Source of the DNA: a virus
Virus record (IMG/VR): IMGVR_UViG_3300042007_000202
Location: 32,001 to 96,000 of that record
DNA: 64,000 nucleotides
Reading direction: 5' to 3' (one strand)
The notes under the pieces were generated by a model. That model ran no database searches. It was given only the letters and a program-made list of their open reading frames with translations, and was not told where the DNA came from. Position 1 is the stretch's first letter; every line of letters begins with the position of its first letter. Of this stretch, positions 19,478 to 29,020 are shown one piece after another. Position numbers and translations under genes: made by a program.

Positions 19478-19683
19478 TGGCGCTCGGCAAGCCCGAGGGG
19501 TGGGCGTGCGCGCACAACCCCTGGCACGCGTACGCCCCGGCCAGCCCGACCCGGTGCCGCCACTGCGGCGAGGAGCGCTCAGCGGCCGACGCCTTGGTGT
19601 CGCTGGTGGCCGGGTGGGAGGGCTGGTCGGAGCAGATGGCGCGGGACCTGGTGGAGCTGCACGCCGAGCAGGTGAAGGCGTGA
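19477..19683 (+). CDS. Small Cys/His protein
   Basis: TGATG coupling; CAH...CRHCG. Confidence 0.6.
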   Translation: MALGKPEGWACAHNPWHAYAPASPTRCRHCGEERSAADALVSLVAGWEGWSEQMARDLVELHAEQVKA

Positions 19684-19700
19684 GGGGGCCGCGCGCCACC

Positions 19701-20015
19701 ATGAGCAACGACGGCGAGATGCGCGTCGATCTGAAGGTGGCGGTGCGCGCCAGCCGGGATGAGCTGGCGATCGTGCTGATCCGGGGGAAGGCGCCGTACC
19801 ACGTGGCCGGAGAAGACCGCGAGGAGCTGTCGGCCGCCGCCGCAGAAAGGGCGATCAAGCAATTCCTGTGCCAGTGGGGCACGGAGGTGGAGGGCTGGTC
19901 GGACCACATGGAGGAAGGCCAGCGGGATGAGTGGCTGGAGTGGGCGCGGCGCCAGGTGGACCGCGCCTACCCGGCCCTGGCCCCCGGCGGGAGCGACGGC
20001 CCGCCCGGCAGCTGA
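19701..20015 (+). CDS. Hypothetical protein
   Basis: MSNDGEMRVDL...; followed by a hairpin. Confidence 0.65.
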   Translation: MSNDGEMRVDLKVAVRASRDELAIVLIRGKAPYHVAGEDREELSAAAAERAIKQFLCQWGTEVEGWSDHMEEGQRDEWLEWARRQVDRAYPALAPGGSDGPPGS

Positions 20016-20027
20016 GCCGCCCGCGAC

Positions 20028-20075
20028 GCGCGAAGGCGCCCCCGGGTGCCAACGGGGCCGGGGGCGCCTTCGCGC
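20028..20075. terminator. Bidirectional hairpin between convergent operons
   Basis: GCGCGAAGGCGCCCCCGG...CCGGGGGCGCCTTCGCGC, 18-bp perfect stem. Confidence 0.75.
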
Positions 20076-20121
20076 GCATGGAACACACAAACGGCCACTT
20101 CGAGGAGAAGCGGCCCTCACT

Positions 20122-20325
20122 CTAGCGGCCGTACATGGCGTCGCGGGCGAACCACACCAGGGCGCCCGGCCACACGGCCACCATGACTCCCCACAGGGCC
20201 CAGCGCTTGCGCTGGGTAAGGTCCCGGCCGCCGGTCTCCTGGAAACCAGCGGCGAGCCAGCGGGGGGAGGGCCCGAGCGCCGCCATGAGGACGGCGCCGG
20301 TGAGCCAGATCCAGAAGGCGGTCAT
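20122..20325 (-). CDS. Small membrane protein
   Basis: MTAFWIWLTG...WALWGVMVAVWPGALVWF; ATGA coupling. Confidence 0.6.
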   Translation of the reverse strand: MTAFWIWLTGAVLMAALGPSPRWLAAGFQETGGRDLTQRKRWALWGVMVAVWPGALVWFARDAMYGR

Positions 20326-20525
20326 GCGATCGGCAGTCCGGTGCGGTGGTCGATCTTCTGGTAGGTGGAGCCCGGGTTGGCCTGCTGTGCCTTCTTGGCG
20401 GCGGGCTCTTCCCAGTAGTCGACGGTGGCCCCGTTGGTGTGGGTGAGGCGCCACACGGCGGCGGTGCCGCCTGCCATCACCGTGGACGCGACCGCGCCCC
20501 GGCGGCCTCCGCAGTTGCAACCCAT
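20322..20525 (-). CDS. Small phage protein (MGCNCG type)
   Basis: GGAGGAGG RBS; an MGCNCG N-terminus is common in actinophage small proteins near capsid genes. Confidence 0.65.
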   Translation of the reverse strand: MGCNCGGRRGAVASTVMAGGTAAVWRLTHTNGATVDYWEEPAAKKAQQANPGSTYQKIDHRTGLPIA

Positions 20526-20690
20526 CTGTTCCTCCTCCACCGGCCCGCGCCGGACGCTAACGTTGTGTGTGCAACCGGGCACGGAACGAGACGGCGAGAA
20601 GGCGTCCTGTGCGCGGCCTGTCGGGGGGTCCCCCGGGCGTCGCACTGGGCGTCGTGCGAGCAAGCCGGGGGACCACCTGATCCGCGTGGA

Positions 20691-21194
20691 TCAGGCAGGG
20701 TCGAGCCACTTCACCCGCGTTCGCCCCTCGTGGCCGTTGATGGCCATGGCCTCTTCGATGGACGGCCACTCCACGATGGAGCGGACTTCGCCCAGCCACA
20801 TGAGCACCACCCCGCCGTGGGGGAAGACGGCGCCCTCCACGGCGATGCCCGGCCCGCTGGTGCCGGTCTCGTCCTCGCGGCGGTCGTAGATGAACCGGCG
20901 GGGGGCGACCTCGTAGTCCAGCGGCTCACCGATGCTGGTCGCGCACCACCGCAGCTTCCCCCGGCCCCACCAGTCCTCCATCAGGGCGGCCATGTTGGCG
21001 TACCGCTGGCAGGTCTGGCCGGACTGCGACATGACGACGATGCGCCCGTCGGAGAACACCGCGCCGGAGGCGATGGGGACCTGGTTGCGGTCCAGCATCA
21101 CGAAGGTGCGCAGGTTGCCCTCGTAGGTGGCGGGGATGAGGTGCCCCTTGTTGATCTCGGCCGGGATGACCTCATCCTCAGTGTCGACTGGCAT
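20691..21194 (-). CDS. Phage hypothetical protein with duplicated GAVFxxG domain
   Basis: ASGAVFSDGRIVV and DETGTSGPGIAVEGAVFPHGGVVLMW. Confidence 0.7.
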   Translation of the reverse strand: MPVDTEDEVIPAEINKGHLIPATYEGNLRTFVMLDRNQVPIASGAVFSDGRIVVMSQSGQTCQRYANMAALMEDWWGRGKLRWCATSIGEPLDYEVAPRRFIYDRREDETGTSGPGIAVEGAVFPHGGVVLMWLGEVRSIVEWPSIEEAMAINGHEGRTRVKWLDPA

Positions 21195-21220
21195 GCATTT
21201 CTCCCACGGTTGTGTGCTGG

Positions 21221-21427
21221 TCACTCGTCCGGGAAGCCGCAGGCTTCGAGGAACTTGGAGCGGTTGAAGCCGTAGCCGCCCCGGTACTGGCGGGCGCAGG
21301 CGGAGGCCAACTGGCGGGCCGCCACGCCGAGGACGGCCAGGGCCGCCCCGTTGTCCTCGGCGACCCACCGCTTCGTGTCGGCCACCGCGTTGGCGATGGC
21401 CCAGAAGTCCTTCTTGCTCATGGCCAT
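21221..21427 (-). CDS. Small phage protein
   Basis: SKKDFWAIA...FNRSKFLEACG. Confidence 0.65.
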   Translation of the reverse strand: MAMSKKDFWAIANAVADTKRWVAEDNGAALAVLGVAARQLASACARQYRGGYGFNRSKFLEACGFPDE

Positions 21428-21431
21428 GGCG

Positions 21432-24400
21432 TCAGCTCGCGCGCGCGGCGGCCTTCATCGCCTCCCACTTCTGGATGGCCGCACAGGCTTCGGCCTTGCT
21501 GCCGGGGTTGACCTGCTGGATGCCGGGCCAGTTCAGGTCGCCGGAGGCGCACATCTTCTTCGCGGCGTTGACCCCGGTGGCGATGGCCCGGCTGGTGTCC
21601 ATGCCCTTGCTCTTGAGGTGGTCAGCGATCCGCTTGATGTACGGCGGCAGCCCGCCTTGCTGGTCGACCCAGTTCTTCGCCAGGGCGATGTCCTGGTTGC
21701 TCGGGGTGGGCAGGCCGCCGAACCCGGCCAGGGGCATGGGCACTTCGGTCTTGCGCTGGGGCTGGAGGCCGCTGATGCGCTTCCTGGCGAGGGCTGTGCG
21801 GCGGGCCAGGTCGGTGGCGCGGCGCTGGCTGGCGGTCTCCCTGAAGGCGGCCATGCGCTCTTCCAGGGAAGCGGCGCGCTGGCGGCGGGCGGCGCGGCCT
21901 TCCAGCTCATCCGCGACGGCCGCCGCCAGGTGCACCGGCTCCGCCTGGCGCAGCTCGAACGCCTGGAGGCCGCTGGCCTGGGCGGCGGGCTGGCTGTCGG
22001 GGGCGGAGGGCGGGGTGGCCTCTTCCTCCTTGGGCCAGAACCCGGCCGCGACGAGGGAGAAGAACGAGCCGTCGGGGCCGGTCTTCTTCGCGGCGAGGGG
22101 GAAGCCGGGGCTGTTGACCGCCAGCGCGGCGATCAGCTCGGCGCCGCCCCGGACCTCGCGCCAGTCCCCGGAGAACGAGGCGAGGGAGAGGCGGAGGCGG
22201 TCTTCCTGGCTGACGAAGGGGAGCACTGCCCCGGCGACCCAGATGCCGTGGGCGTCTTCACCGACGCGGACCACGGCGGCCTGGGTGCCGGTGTGGTCGT
22301 AGTGGGACATGGCGCCGGTCGCGCTGGCTGTCAGCTTGGCGTGGCCGGTGTTCATGGTGATCAGGCCGCAGCGGACCGTGCCTGTGCTGGTGCGGACGGG
22401 GCGCAGGTTGTAGTAGGCGTAGCCGGAGGCGGAGTGCGGCGGGGGGACGCAGCGGTCCTTGAAGCCGACGTGGCAGGAGCCCCAGGCGGCGAGGTAGCCG
22501 GATACCTGCCCGGTCTCTACATCCACGCGGATGGAGTGGGCGCCGGAGCTGCCGTCGGGCTGCTCGAACCACTCGCCGGGCGGGGTCCAGCCGGGGGCGA
22601 AGGTCTCTGTGGTGGCGGAGGCGGTGATGGCGACGGCCTGGCACGGCTCGCATCCGGCCGGAGGCTCGGACGCCTCGGCCTCCTGCACGATGGACTCGGC
22701 CTCGTCCACCACGGCGGCGGCGGCCTCGGTCTCCGGCGCCCCGGCTGCTGTGATCTTGTCCCACGGGGTGGCCTTGACCTCCTCGCGCAGGGCGCCCATG
22801 TCCGCCAGTCCGGCCGGGTCCCACCACGCGACGACCTCAATACTGTCGCCGTCGGGGTCGTCCGGGTTCAGGACGGTGCGGTCGTCGGGGTCGGGGTTGA
22901 TGCCGACGCCGCTCTCCTCCGGCACCAGCAGCAGGAAGCCCTGGTACACGCCGTTGTCGCTGGTCCAGGTGTCCACGATCTCGCCCTGGCCGCGCATGTC
23001 GCAGCCGGTCTCCTCGCAGAACTCCCGGAAGGCGGCGTCCTCGGCGGTCTCGCCCTCCTCGATGCCGCCGCCCGGCCACTCCCACATGCCGGAGGCGGGG
23101 TCTTCGTCGTCCAGGGCGCGCTGGATCAGCAGCACGCGGCCGGTGTCCTGTGCCTTGACCGCCAGCCCGGCGTGCGTGGGGGTGGATGCCGGGCTGGCGG
23201 GGTCTTCGTCCTCCGCGAGACGCGTGACGCCCATCTGCGCGGATGGGGTGACGTCGTCGGGGGTGGAGGGGCGGGCGCCGGGGGCGTCGCAGGGGGCGGG
23301 CTCCCATCCGGTGCCGTCCTCGGTCGGCGCGACGCACTCCCCCGTCACGACAGGGGTTTCAGGGTCAAGCTCTTCAGCGGCCTGCTCGTCGTCTGCGGCG
23401 ATGTCCTGGGGGACATCCCCCGCCTCGGCCTCCTCGTCATCCTCAGTGGCCGTCTGGGAGTCCTCAGCCGGTACCGCCTCTTCCTCCGGCTCCACGGGTG
23501 CTTCGCCCTGGGCCTGTTCCGGCTCGAACGGGCCGTCGCCGGTGGGGTTCGCCGGGACCGCTTCGGGGTCTTCGCAGTCAGCCGCCATCCACGCGCCGAT
23601 CTCGTCCTGCTTCACGCAGCCCCAGGCCGGGTCGTAGCCCACGATCTCCGAGAACGCCGCAGCGGTGAGGGCCTGGCCGTCCGCGTCCGCGAGAGCGATG
23701 GCCGCGTTGGGGAAGGCCGGGTGGGCCAGGAGGGTGGCGCCCATAATGCGCCAGCCGTCGTAGACGTCGCCGACCATGAGGGAGCGGTCGTTGGGGTCGC
23801 CGTCCGGCACGATGGTGCCGTCTTCCCTGAGGAGCACCTGGTGGGCGCTGGCGTCGTCCACGTCCAGACTGACGAAGCGGACGAAGCCCAGGCCGACCTT
23901 GCGGGCCAGGTCGCGCCCGACCGGGTCCTCCATGTCGAAGCGGCCCTCGCCCCACACCTGGCTCCCTTCGGTCCAGATGCGGTCGATGACGCCGACGCCG
24001 AGTTCGGAGCCGTCGTGGCCCTTGGCCAGGGTGCCCTGGACGAGGAGCGGCAGCGGAAGGGGGCGGGAGCGGACGCCGCCCTCGGGGGTGGCGAGCATTC
24101 GCTGATCCGCGGACCACTCGTCCATGAAGCCCAGGACGCCGCGCCACCGGCCGCTGGGCTCCACGGTCACGGGTCCTGTCTCGGTGACGGTGGGCGTGGT
24201 CATGGACTCCTCCTGTGGTGCTGAGGCGGCGGTGAGGGCGGGGTCCCCGGCGGGGCCGTAGCGGGCGGAGCAGCGGCAGTTGATGACTTCGCCTGCGGGG
24301 CCGAGGGGGTCGCCGGGGAACTGGAGGCGGTGGCCGCCGATCTCGAACGGCTCGGTCAGGGGGCGGACTTGGCCGTCGGCGTTGAGGTGGGTCTCGCGTA

Positions 24401-25010
24401 CGCGCTGGTCGTGGGTGCATTGCCAGCGCTTCTCCCACGGCTGGCCGGTGCGCTCCTGTTCCGCGAGCGCGCCGTGCGCGGCGCCCGCGTTGAGGGCCGT
24501 CATGGTCTCGGTGCGGGTCATGGTCATGATCTGGCCGTCCCACTCCTCCAGCGTCATCAGCGCGGACAGGCGTTCCTTGAGCTGGGCGGGGGATTCGCCG
24601 CTCGGCCGGTGCAGGATGGCGCGCAGCAGCCGGTCAGCGAAGGCGCGCCGGAACCCGGCGAGGCGGTCGCCCAGGCCTTCGCCGTGGCCTTGGTCGTCGT
24701 CGGGGGCGTCGTCGGGGCGGCCGGTGATCCGTCCGAAGCTGCCGCGCCACAGGGCGCGGGTGGGGCCGAGGACGAAGCGGTTCAGGATGCGCCGCCAGGT
24801 CGCCTCTGACGGCACGCCCGGCGGGTGGCCGGGCTCGGGCTCGGCGGCGGCTGTCAGGGCCTCCAGAGAGCCGCCCAGCGGTCCCTTGCGGGCTTCCGCG
24901 AGGAAGGCTTCCACGGCGTCCCGGATGGCGGGGTAGAGCTGGGCTTCGGCCCGGCGGATGTAGGTGTAGTCCTTCATCCGCTCGGACAGCCACGGGTCAG
25001 GCATGGGCAA
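21432..25010 (-). CDS. MuF/SPP1-gp7 head morphogenesis protein fused to capsid maturation protease-like and NUDIX domains
   Basis: RTETMTALNAG..KRWQCTHDQRVRETH..DGQ..FPGDP..EVINCRC (MuF); LVQ..H..GVI..SLD..GATLLAHPAF (protease-like); GGGIEEGETAEDAAFREFCEETG (Nudix box); GYLAAWGSCHVG..GEDAHGIWVAG..SGDWR. Confidence 0.85.
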   Translation of the reverse strand: MPMPDPWLSERMKDYTYIRRAEAQLYPAIRDAVEAFLAEARKGPLGGSLEALTAAAEPEPGHPPGVPSEATWRRILNRFVLGPTRALWRGSFGRITGRPDDAPDDDQGHGEGLGDRLAGFRRAFADRLLRAILHRPSGESPAQLKERLSALMTLEEWDGQIMTMTRTETMTALNAGAAHGALAEQERTGQPWEKRWQCTHDQRVRETHLNADGQVRPLTEPFEIGGHRLQFPGDPLGPAGEVINCRCSARYGPAGDPALTAASAPQEESMTTPTVTETGPVTVEPSGRWRGVLGFMDEWSADQRMLATPEGGVRSRPLPLPLLVQGTLAKGHDGSELGVGVIDRIWTEGSQVWGEGRFDMEDPVGRDLARKVGLGFVRFVSLDVDDASAHQVLLREDGTIVPDGDPNDRSLMVGDVYDGWRIMGATLLAHPAFPNAAIALADADGQALTAAAFSEIVGYDPAWGCVKQDEIGAWMAADCEDPEAVPANPTGDGPFEPEQAQGEAPVEPEEEAVPAEDSQTATEDDEEAEAGDVPQDIAADDEQAAEELDPETPVVTGECVAPTEDGTGWEPAPCDAPGARPSTPDDVTPSAQMGVTRLAEDEDPASPASTPTHAGLAVKAQDTGRVLLIQRALDDEDPASGMWEWPGGGIEEGETAEDAAFREFCEETGCDMRGQGEIVDTWTSDNGVYQGFLLLVPEESGVGINPDPDDRTVLNPDDPDGDSIEVVAWWDPAGLADMGALREEVKATPWDKITAAGAPETEAAAAVVDEAESIVQEAEASEPPAGCEPCQAVAITASATTETFAPGWTPPGEWFEQPDGSSGAHSIRVDVETGQVSGYLAAWGSCHVGFKDRCVPPPHSASGYAYYNLRPVRTSTGTVRCGLITMNTGHAKLTASATGAMSHYDHTGTQAAVVRVGEDAHGIWVAGAVLPFVSQEDRLRLSLASFSGDWREVRGGAELIAALAVNSPGFPLAAKKTGPDGSFFSLVAAGFWPKEEEATPPSAPDSQPAAQASGLQAFELRQAEPVHLAAAVADELEGRAARRQRAASLEERMAAFRETASQRRATDLARRTALARKRISGLQPQRKTEVPMPLAGFGGLPTPSNQDIALAKNWVDQQGGLPPYIKRIADHLKSKGMDTSRAIATGVNAAKKMCASGDLNWPGIQQVNPGSKAEACAAIQKWEAMKAAARAS

Positions 25011-27102
25011 GGGAGGACCCCTCTCCGTCGCACTGGAACTGGGCGACGGCCCGCTCCAGGTAGTCGGGGTGGTGTTCCTCGCGGGCGAGTAGGAGCGCGC
25101 GCACGTAGTGGTCCACCGCCTGGTGCAGGCACGGTTCGCCGGGGGTGGACTCGTGGAACTCCGCGTACGCGCCGCGCAGCATCTGGTCGAGCTGGCCGGG
25201 GTCTGCGTGGAGGGTGAGGTGGACGGACTCGGGGGGGAGCTGCTGGAGCTGCGTGCGCTGGTTGCGGGGGGTGGAGCGGATGAGGAACTGTCCGGCCCGG
25301 CTGAGGGCGCGGCGGACGGCCATGTCGAGGCAGCGGGTGCGCCAGTCGCCGCCGTGGCTGAGGGCGGGGCGGGCGCTGGCGGTCATGGCGCGCTCCAGCC
25401 CTTCGCGGGTGACGGGGCGGCTGGCTCCGGCCTGGGGTGCGTTGTTGCGGCCTCCGGCGGCCGGGAGCCCGGCCGGGCGGGCGGCCGGGCGGCCGGGCTG
25501 CTGGGCGGGGGTGGGGCCGGGGGTGCCGGGGTAGCCGCCGATGCGGCTGATGTTGGTGGGGTTGCCCAGGGGGGCCTGTACGCCTTGGGGTGTGGCGGCG
25601 GCGATGGCCTCCGGGGGGAGGGGGATGCCCAGGCGCGGGAGCAGGTAGGGGGCGAGGTTGGCGTTCGTCAGGGCGACGCGTTCCATCAGGCGGCGGGCGC
25701 GCTCCTGCTCGTCGGGGGCGTCCTCTTCGGAGAAGCCCAGTTCGCGCAGGTAGGCGGCGTCGGAGATGACCTGGTTGGCGAAGGCGGTGTCGGCCTCGGG
25801 GGCGCGGTTGGGGCGGAGGGTGAGGTCGCTGGTGTCGTACCAGATGGCGTACTTCTGCCAGCCCTGGATGCGCAGGGCTTTGAGCGCCGGGCGCAGGAGG
25901 TTGGTGGTCAGGGAGTCGCAGATCAAGCCGAGCAGTGGCTCGATGTGCAGCTTGATGGCCGATTCCTCCACTTGCCAGGCCGACCAATGGTTCGCGTCGC
26001 CCAGGCCGGTCAAAACCTCTGGCGGCATGTCCATGCCAGTGGCCACGCGGCGGATCGCGCTCTCGCGCAGTTCCTGGACGTTCTCGTCGAGCTTCGTGCT
26101 GAAGCTGATGTGCTTCAGTTCCTTGCCCTTTTCGGCCGGGCCCCGCACCACCAGCGGCACCACGGCGGACGCGCTGTCGCGGTTCTTCAGGGGGGCGGCC
26201 ATGGCCTCGATGAGGGCGGCCGTGAAGGGGTCCGGGTGGAGGGGGTTGACGCCCTCGGACTGCTCGGGGCTGGGAGTGGTCAGCTCGTCGGGGACGAACA
26301 GGACACCGGCGCCTGCCAGGCGGGACTCCGCGCTGGCGGTGATGTGGGCGGAGAGGTCGACGAGTTCGCGCAGCGGCTGGCGCAGGGCGAGCAGGGGGGA
26401 GTCGGGGTTGTAGCCGACGCGGGGGTGGGGGCGCCAGATGCGCAGGATGGTCGCCTGCTCGGGGTCGATGTCGATGTACTCGTTCGGCATGTCCGGGCTG
26501 ACGATCTTGAGCCCGGCGCCGGTGGACTGGAGCTCGTCCGCCGAGCACACCAGCCAGCGGCGCCCTTCGTCGCCGTCTTCACCGACGACGACGCTGGTGA
26601 CGTCCTGGCCGTATCCGGCGCTCTGGCCGCCGGGGTCGTCGAAGCCGATGAGGTAGCTCTCGCCGGGGATGTTGAGGTGGATGGCGAGGCGGCGCAGCAT
26701 CTCCGCCTGCCCGAGCTGCCCGCCGCCCAGCTCGTCCAGGACGGCGACGGCCTGCTGGGCTTCGAGGTCTACGGCACCGGTGGTCTCGTCGGTGCTGAGG
26801 TCGACGGGGGTGGGCTCGCTGGAGCCGTCGGGATCCACCACGCCGACGTAGAGGCGGGCGCGGGAGCAGGCGTTGGCGATCCAGGTGACGCCGAAGCGGA
26901 GTTCGGTGACGGTGTCGTAGAGGTCCCAGGCGTCGCGCTGCCAGTCCTGCTTGCGGCCGACGACGGTGCGGACCTGGGCCTTGCTGACGAGGGCCGCCGA
27001 CGCCATCACCGTGGTGCCCGCGTTCTGGTAGGTGACGACCCTGCCCGCGCGGTCGCGGCGGATCAGGTGCTTGGGGCGGCGGTGGATATTCCAGAGCGGC
27101 AC
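24997..27102 (-). CDS. Portal protein
   Basis: WQRDAWDLYD..ELRF, RIWRPHPR, SRLAGAGVLFVP, SASAVVP, RRVATGMDMPPEVLTG..NHWSAW. Confidence 0.85.
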   Translation of the reverse strand: MPLWNIHRRPKHLIRRDRAGRVVTYQNAGTTVMASAALVSKAQVRTVVGRKQDWQRDAWDLYDTVTELRFGVTWIANACSRARLYVGVVDPDGSSEPTPVDLSTDETTGAVDLEAQQAVAVLDELGGGQLGQAEMLRRLAIHLNIPGESYLIGFDDPGGQSAGYGQDVTSVVVGEDGDEGRRWLVCSADELQSTGAGLKIVSPDMPNEYIDIDPEQATILRIWRPHPRVGYNPDSPLLALRQPLRELVDLSAHITASAESRLAGAGVLFVPDELTTPSPEQSEGVNPLHPDPFTAALIEAMAAPLKNRDSASAVVPLVVRGPAEKGKELKHISFSTKLDENVQELRESAIRRVATGMDMPPEVLTGLGDANHWSAWQVEESAIKLHIEPLLGLICDSLTTNLLRPALKALRIQGWQKYAIWYDTSDLTLRPNRAPEADTAFANQVISDAAYLRELGFSEEDAPDEQERARRLMERVALTNANLAPYLLPRLGIPLPPEAIAAATPQGVQAPLGNPTNISRIGGYPGTPGPTPAQQPGRPAARPAGLPAAGGRNNAPQAGASRPVTREGLERAMTASARPALSHGGDWRTRCLDMAVRRALSRAGQFLIRSTPRNQRTQLQQLPPESVHLTLHADPGQLDQMLRGAYAEFHESTPGEPCLHQAVDHYVRALLLAREEHHPDYLERAVAQFQCDGEGSSLAHA

Positions 27103-27124
27103 GGCGGCAGTCCTCCTCGCTCGG

Positions 27125-27622
27125 TCAGGGGGTCGTGGGCGGCTGTGTGAGCTGGATAGCTACGTGGCCGGAGTGGACCTGCTGAGTGGGCGGGGGCGGG
27201 GAGTCGAGCCAGTCGGCTGCGATGGCGGTGACCCAGGACATGGCGAAGACGGCCACGGTGTAGGTGAAGCCGGTGGCGAGGGAGTGGGTGGGCCACAGGC
27301 CGAGCCAGCAGCGGTAGTAGGCGAGGGTGAGGGCGGCGGAGACCCAGAAGCCGGAGCACCAGGGGCAGGTGACGAGCTTGGCCGCGTAGCGCCAGAAGCG
27401 GGGGGCAGGGCGGAGGGGGCCGGGGCCGTCGGGGGTTTCGCCGTAGATCTGGCGGGGCGCCCGGCCGCCCGCCCGGCCGGGCGGCCGGGCGTGTCGGGGC
27501 TGGGCTTTCATGTCGATCCAGTCACGCAGGGGCTGAGTGATGGTGTCCTCGGTGATGAGCCTGGTGATGCGGGCGGTCGCGAGGAGGGTGAGGAGGGAGA
27601 TGAGTACGGAGAGCCATGCCAC
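27125..27622 (-). CDS. DUF1360-like membrane protein
   Basis: ATARITRLITEDTIT.PLR and LVTCPWCSGFWVS. Confidence 0.7.
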   Translation of the reverse strand: MAWLSVLISLLTLLATARITRLITEDTITQPLRDWIDMKAQPRHARPPGRAGGRAPRQIYGETPDGPGPLRPAPRFWRYAAKLVTCPWCSGFWVSAALTLAYYRCWLGLWPTHSLATGFTYTVAVFAMSWVTAIAADWLDSPPPPTQQVHSGHVAIQLTQPPTTP

Positions 27623-27764
27623 GCTCCACAGAGTAACGATGTGCTCACGGACTGTCGCGTAAGTGGGTGACTGGCTTCCTGGGGAAGGGCGCTGGCCTGC
27701 ACGGATGCGGCCCGGCCGGGCGGGCGGCCGGGCACTGTCAGTGGCGAGCCGTAACTTTCCGTGA

Positions 27765-28235
27765 ATGGACGCCGAGGAGTGGGCCGGGGAGCTGCTGCGG
27801 GTGATCCGCGCGTACGGCCAGGGCCGGGCGCGGACCTTCGCGGAGGCGGGCTACCCGCTGCCGTGGGGGGTGGAGCTGACGCTGCCCACGGGGGCCCGCA
27901 TCTATCTCCAGACGGTGACCGACCCCTCCGACTCCGACCACCCGCCCACGGGGCCCGTGGCGCCCGCGATGGACCCGGTGGAGCTTCCCGCCGAGGGGCC
28001 GACGGAGCTGGCCGCCGTGGAACGCTGGCTGGGCTGGTGCCTCACCGGCCATCAATCCGCGTGGATCAGGGAGGTGGAGCTGTTCCAGGCGCGGCGCGGC
28101 CGTCGCTCCGTCCCCCACGGCCTTGCCGTCAAGGCGCACTCAGGGGCGCGGATGTGGATCTACTTCCGGCATGCCACCCCCGCCGGGCGCGACCCGCGCG
28201 GCATGGCCGTGTGGCGGCTCCAGCCGACCGTGTAG
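27765..28235 (+). CDS. Hypothetical protein
   Basis: Isolated plus-strand ORF with plausible composition. Confidence 0.55.
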   Translation: MDAEEWAGELLRVIRAYGQGRARTFAEAGYPLPWGVELTLPTGARIYLQTVTDPSDSDHPPTGPVAPAMDPVELPAEGPTELAAVERWLGWCLTGHQSAWIREVELFQARRGRRSVPHGLAVKAHSGARMWIYFRHATPAGRDPRGMAVWRLQPTV

Positions 28236-28239
28236 GGCC

Positions 28240-28590
28240 TCAGCCGCCCGGGGGCGGCACGATCATCCGCGCGGGGCGGCCGGTGGTGCTGATGCTGAAA
28301 TCGTCGAGCCAGGCGAGCGCGGCATGAACGGGGTCTTCACCGTCGGGATACTCGTACAGGGCGAAGCACATGATTCCATCGCCTGTCGACATATGGACCA
28401 GGTCATCTTCCGCCCCCCGGCGCCACGTGCGGGATGCCGCGCCCATGAGGTCGGGGTAGGTTTCGGCGAGACGATCAATGATCGCCTGCATCTCGGCGTG
28501 CGCCTGCTCGTGGCTGTAGCCGCCCGTGCCGTAGACGGGCGAGCCGAAGCCGTCGCTGATGCTGAGCCTGACGGTGAGGGTGTTCCACAT
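28240..28590 (-). CDS. Hypothetical protein
   Basis: ORF with somewhat lower GC. Confidence 0.55.
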   Translation of the reverse strand: MWNTLTVRLSISDGFGSPVYGTGGYSHEQAHAEMQAIIDRLAETYPDLMGAASRTWRRGAEDDLVHMSTGDGIMCFALYEYPDGEDPVHAALAWLDDFSISTTGRPARMIVPPPGG

Positions 28591-28741
28591 GGGCCGACCC
28601 TATTGGGCGGCGGGCGGCGCGGGGCCGGTTCGGCGGCGCTGCGCCGCGATGTCAGCGGGAGCGCCTACCGTGGTTGACGTAGGCCCGCCCCGGACATCCC
28701 ATGTCCATGCTGCTGGCGCTCGCGCGGGGCGGGCCTCGCTC

Positions 28742-29020
28742 TTATCCGTTGACCTTGTCGAACGTGGGCGTCTCCTCATGCTCCACGTCCAGGCGCCACT
28801 TCGCCATGCAGCCGTCCTGGTAGACGGCCATGGTCGGCAGGTGGCCGCCCTGGGGGTCGGAGACGAACAGCTCCTTGTAGAAGGTCAGTACGGGGTCGCC
28901 GTGCCAGGGGCAGCCCTTCTTGAGTTCTTTCCGGCGGTCGACCACGCGCTGGAGCGTGGCGGCGTCCCAGTCGGGCCGGGGGAAGCCGGGCGGGAAGCTG
29001 GCGAACGGGTCTTCGTTCAT
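28742..29020 (-). CDS. Hypothetical protein
   Basis: ATGA coupling. Confidence 0.6.
   Translation of the reverse strand: MNEDPFASFPPGFPRPDWDAATLQRVVDRRKELKKGCPWHGDPVLTFYKELFVSDPQGGHLPTMAVYQDGCMAKWRLDVEHEETPTFDKVNG

Noticed and set aside
12390-27150. Long plus-strand ORFs (12390..14852, 15827..17896, 21351..24224, 25108..27150)
   Set aside because: Antisense shadows of well-supported minus-strand virion genes; typical stop-codon scarcity in high-GC DNA, no motifs or RBS
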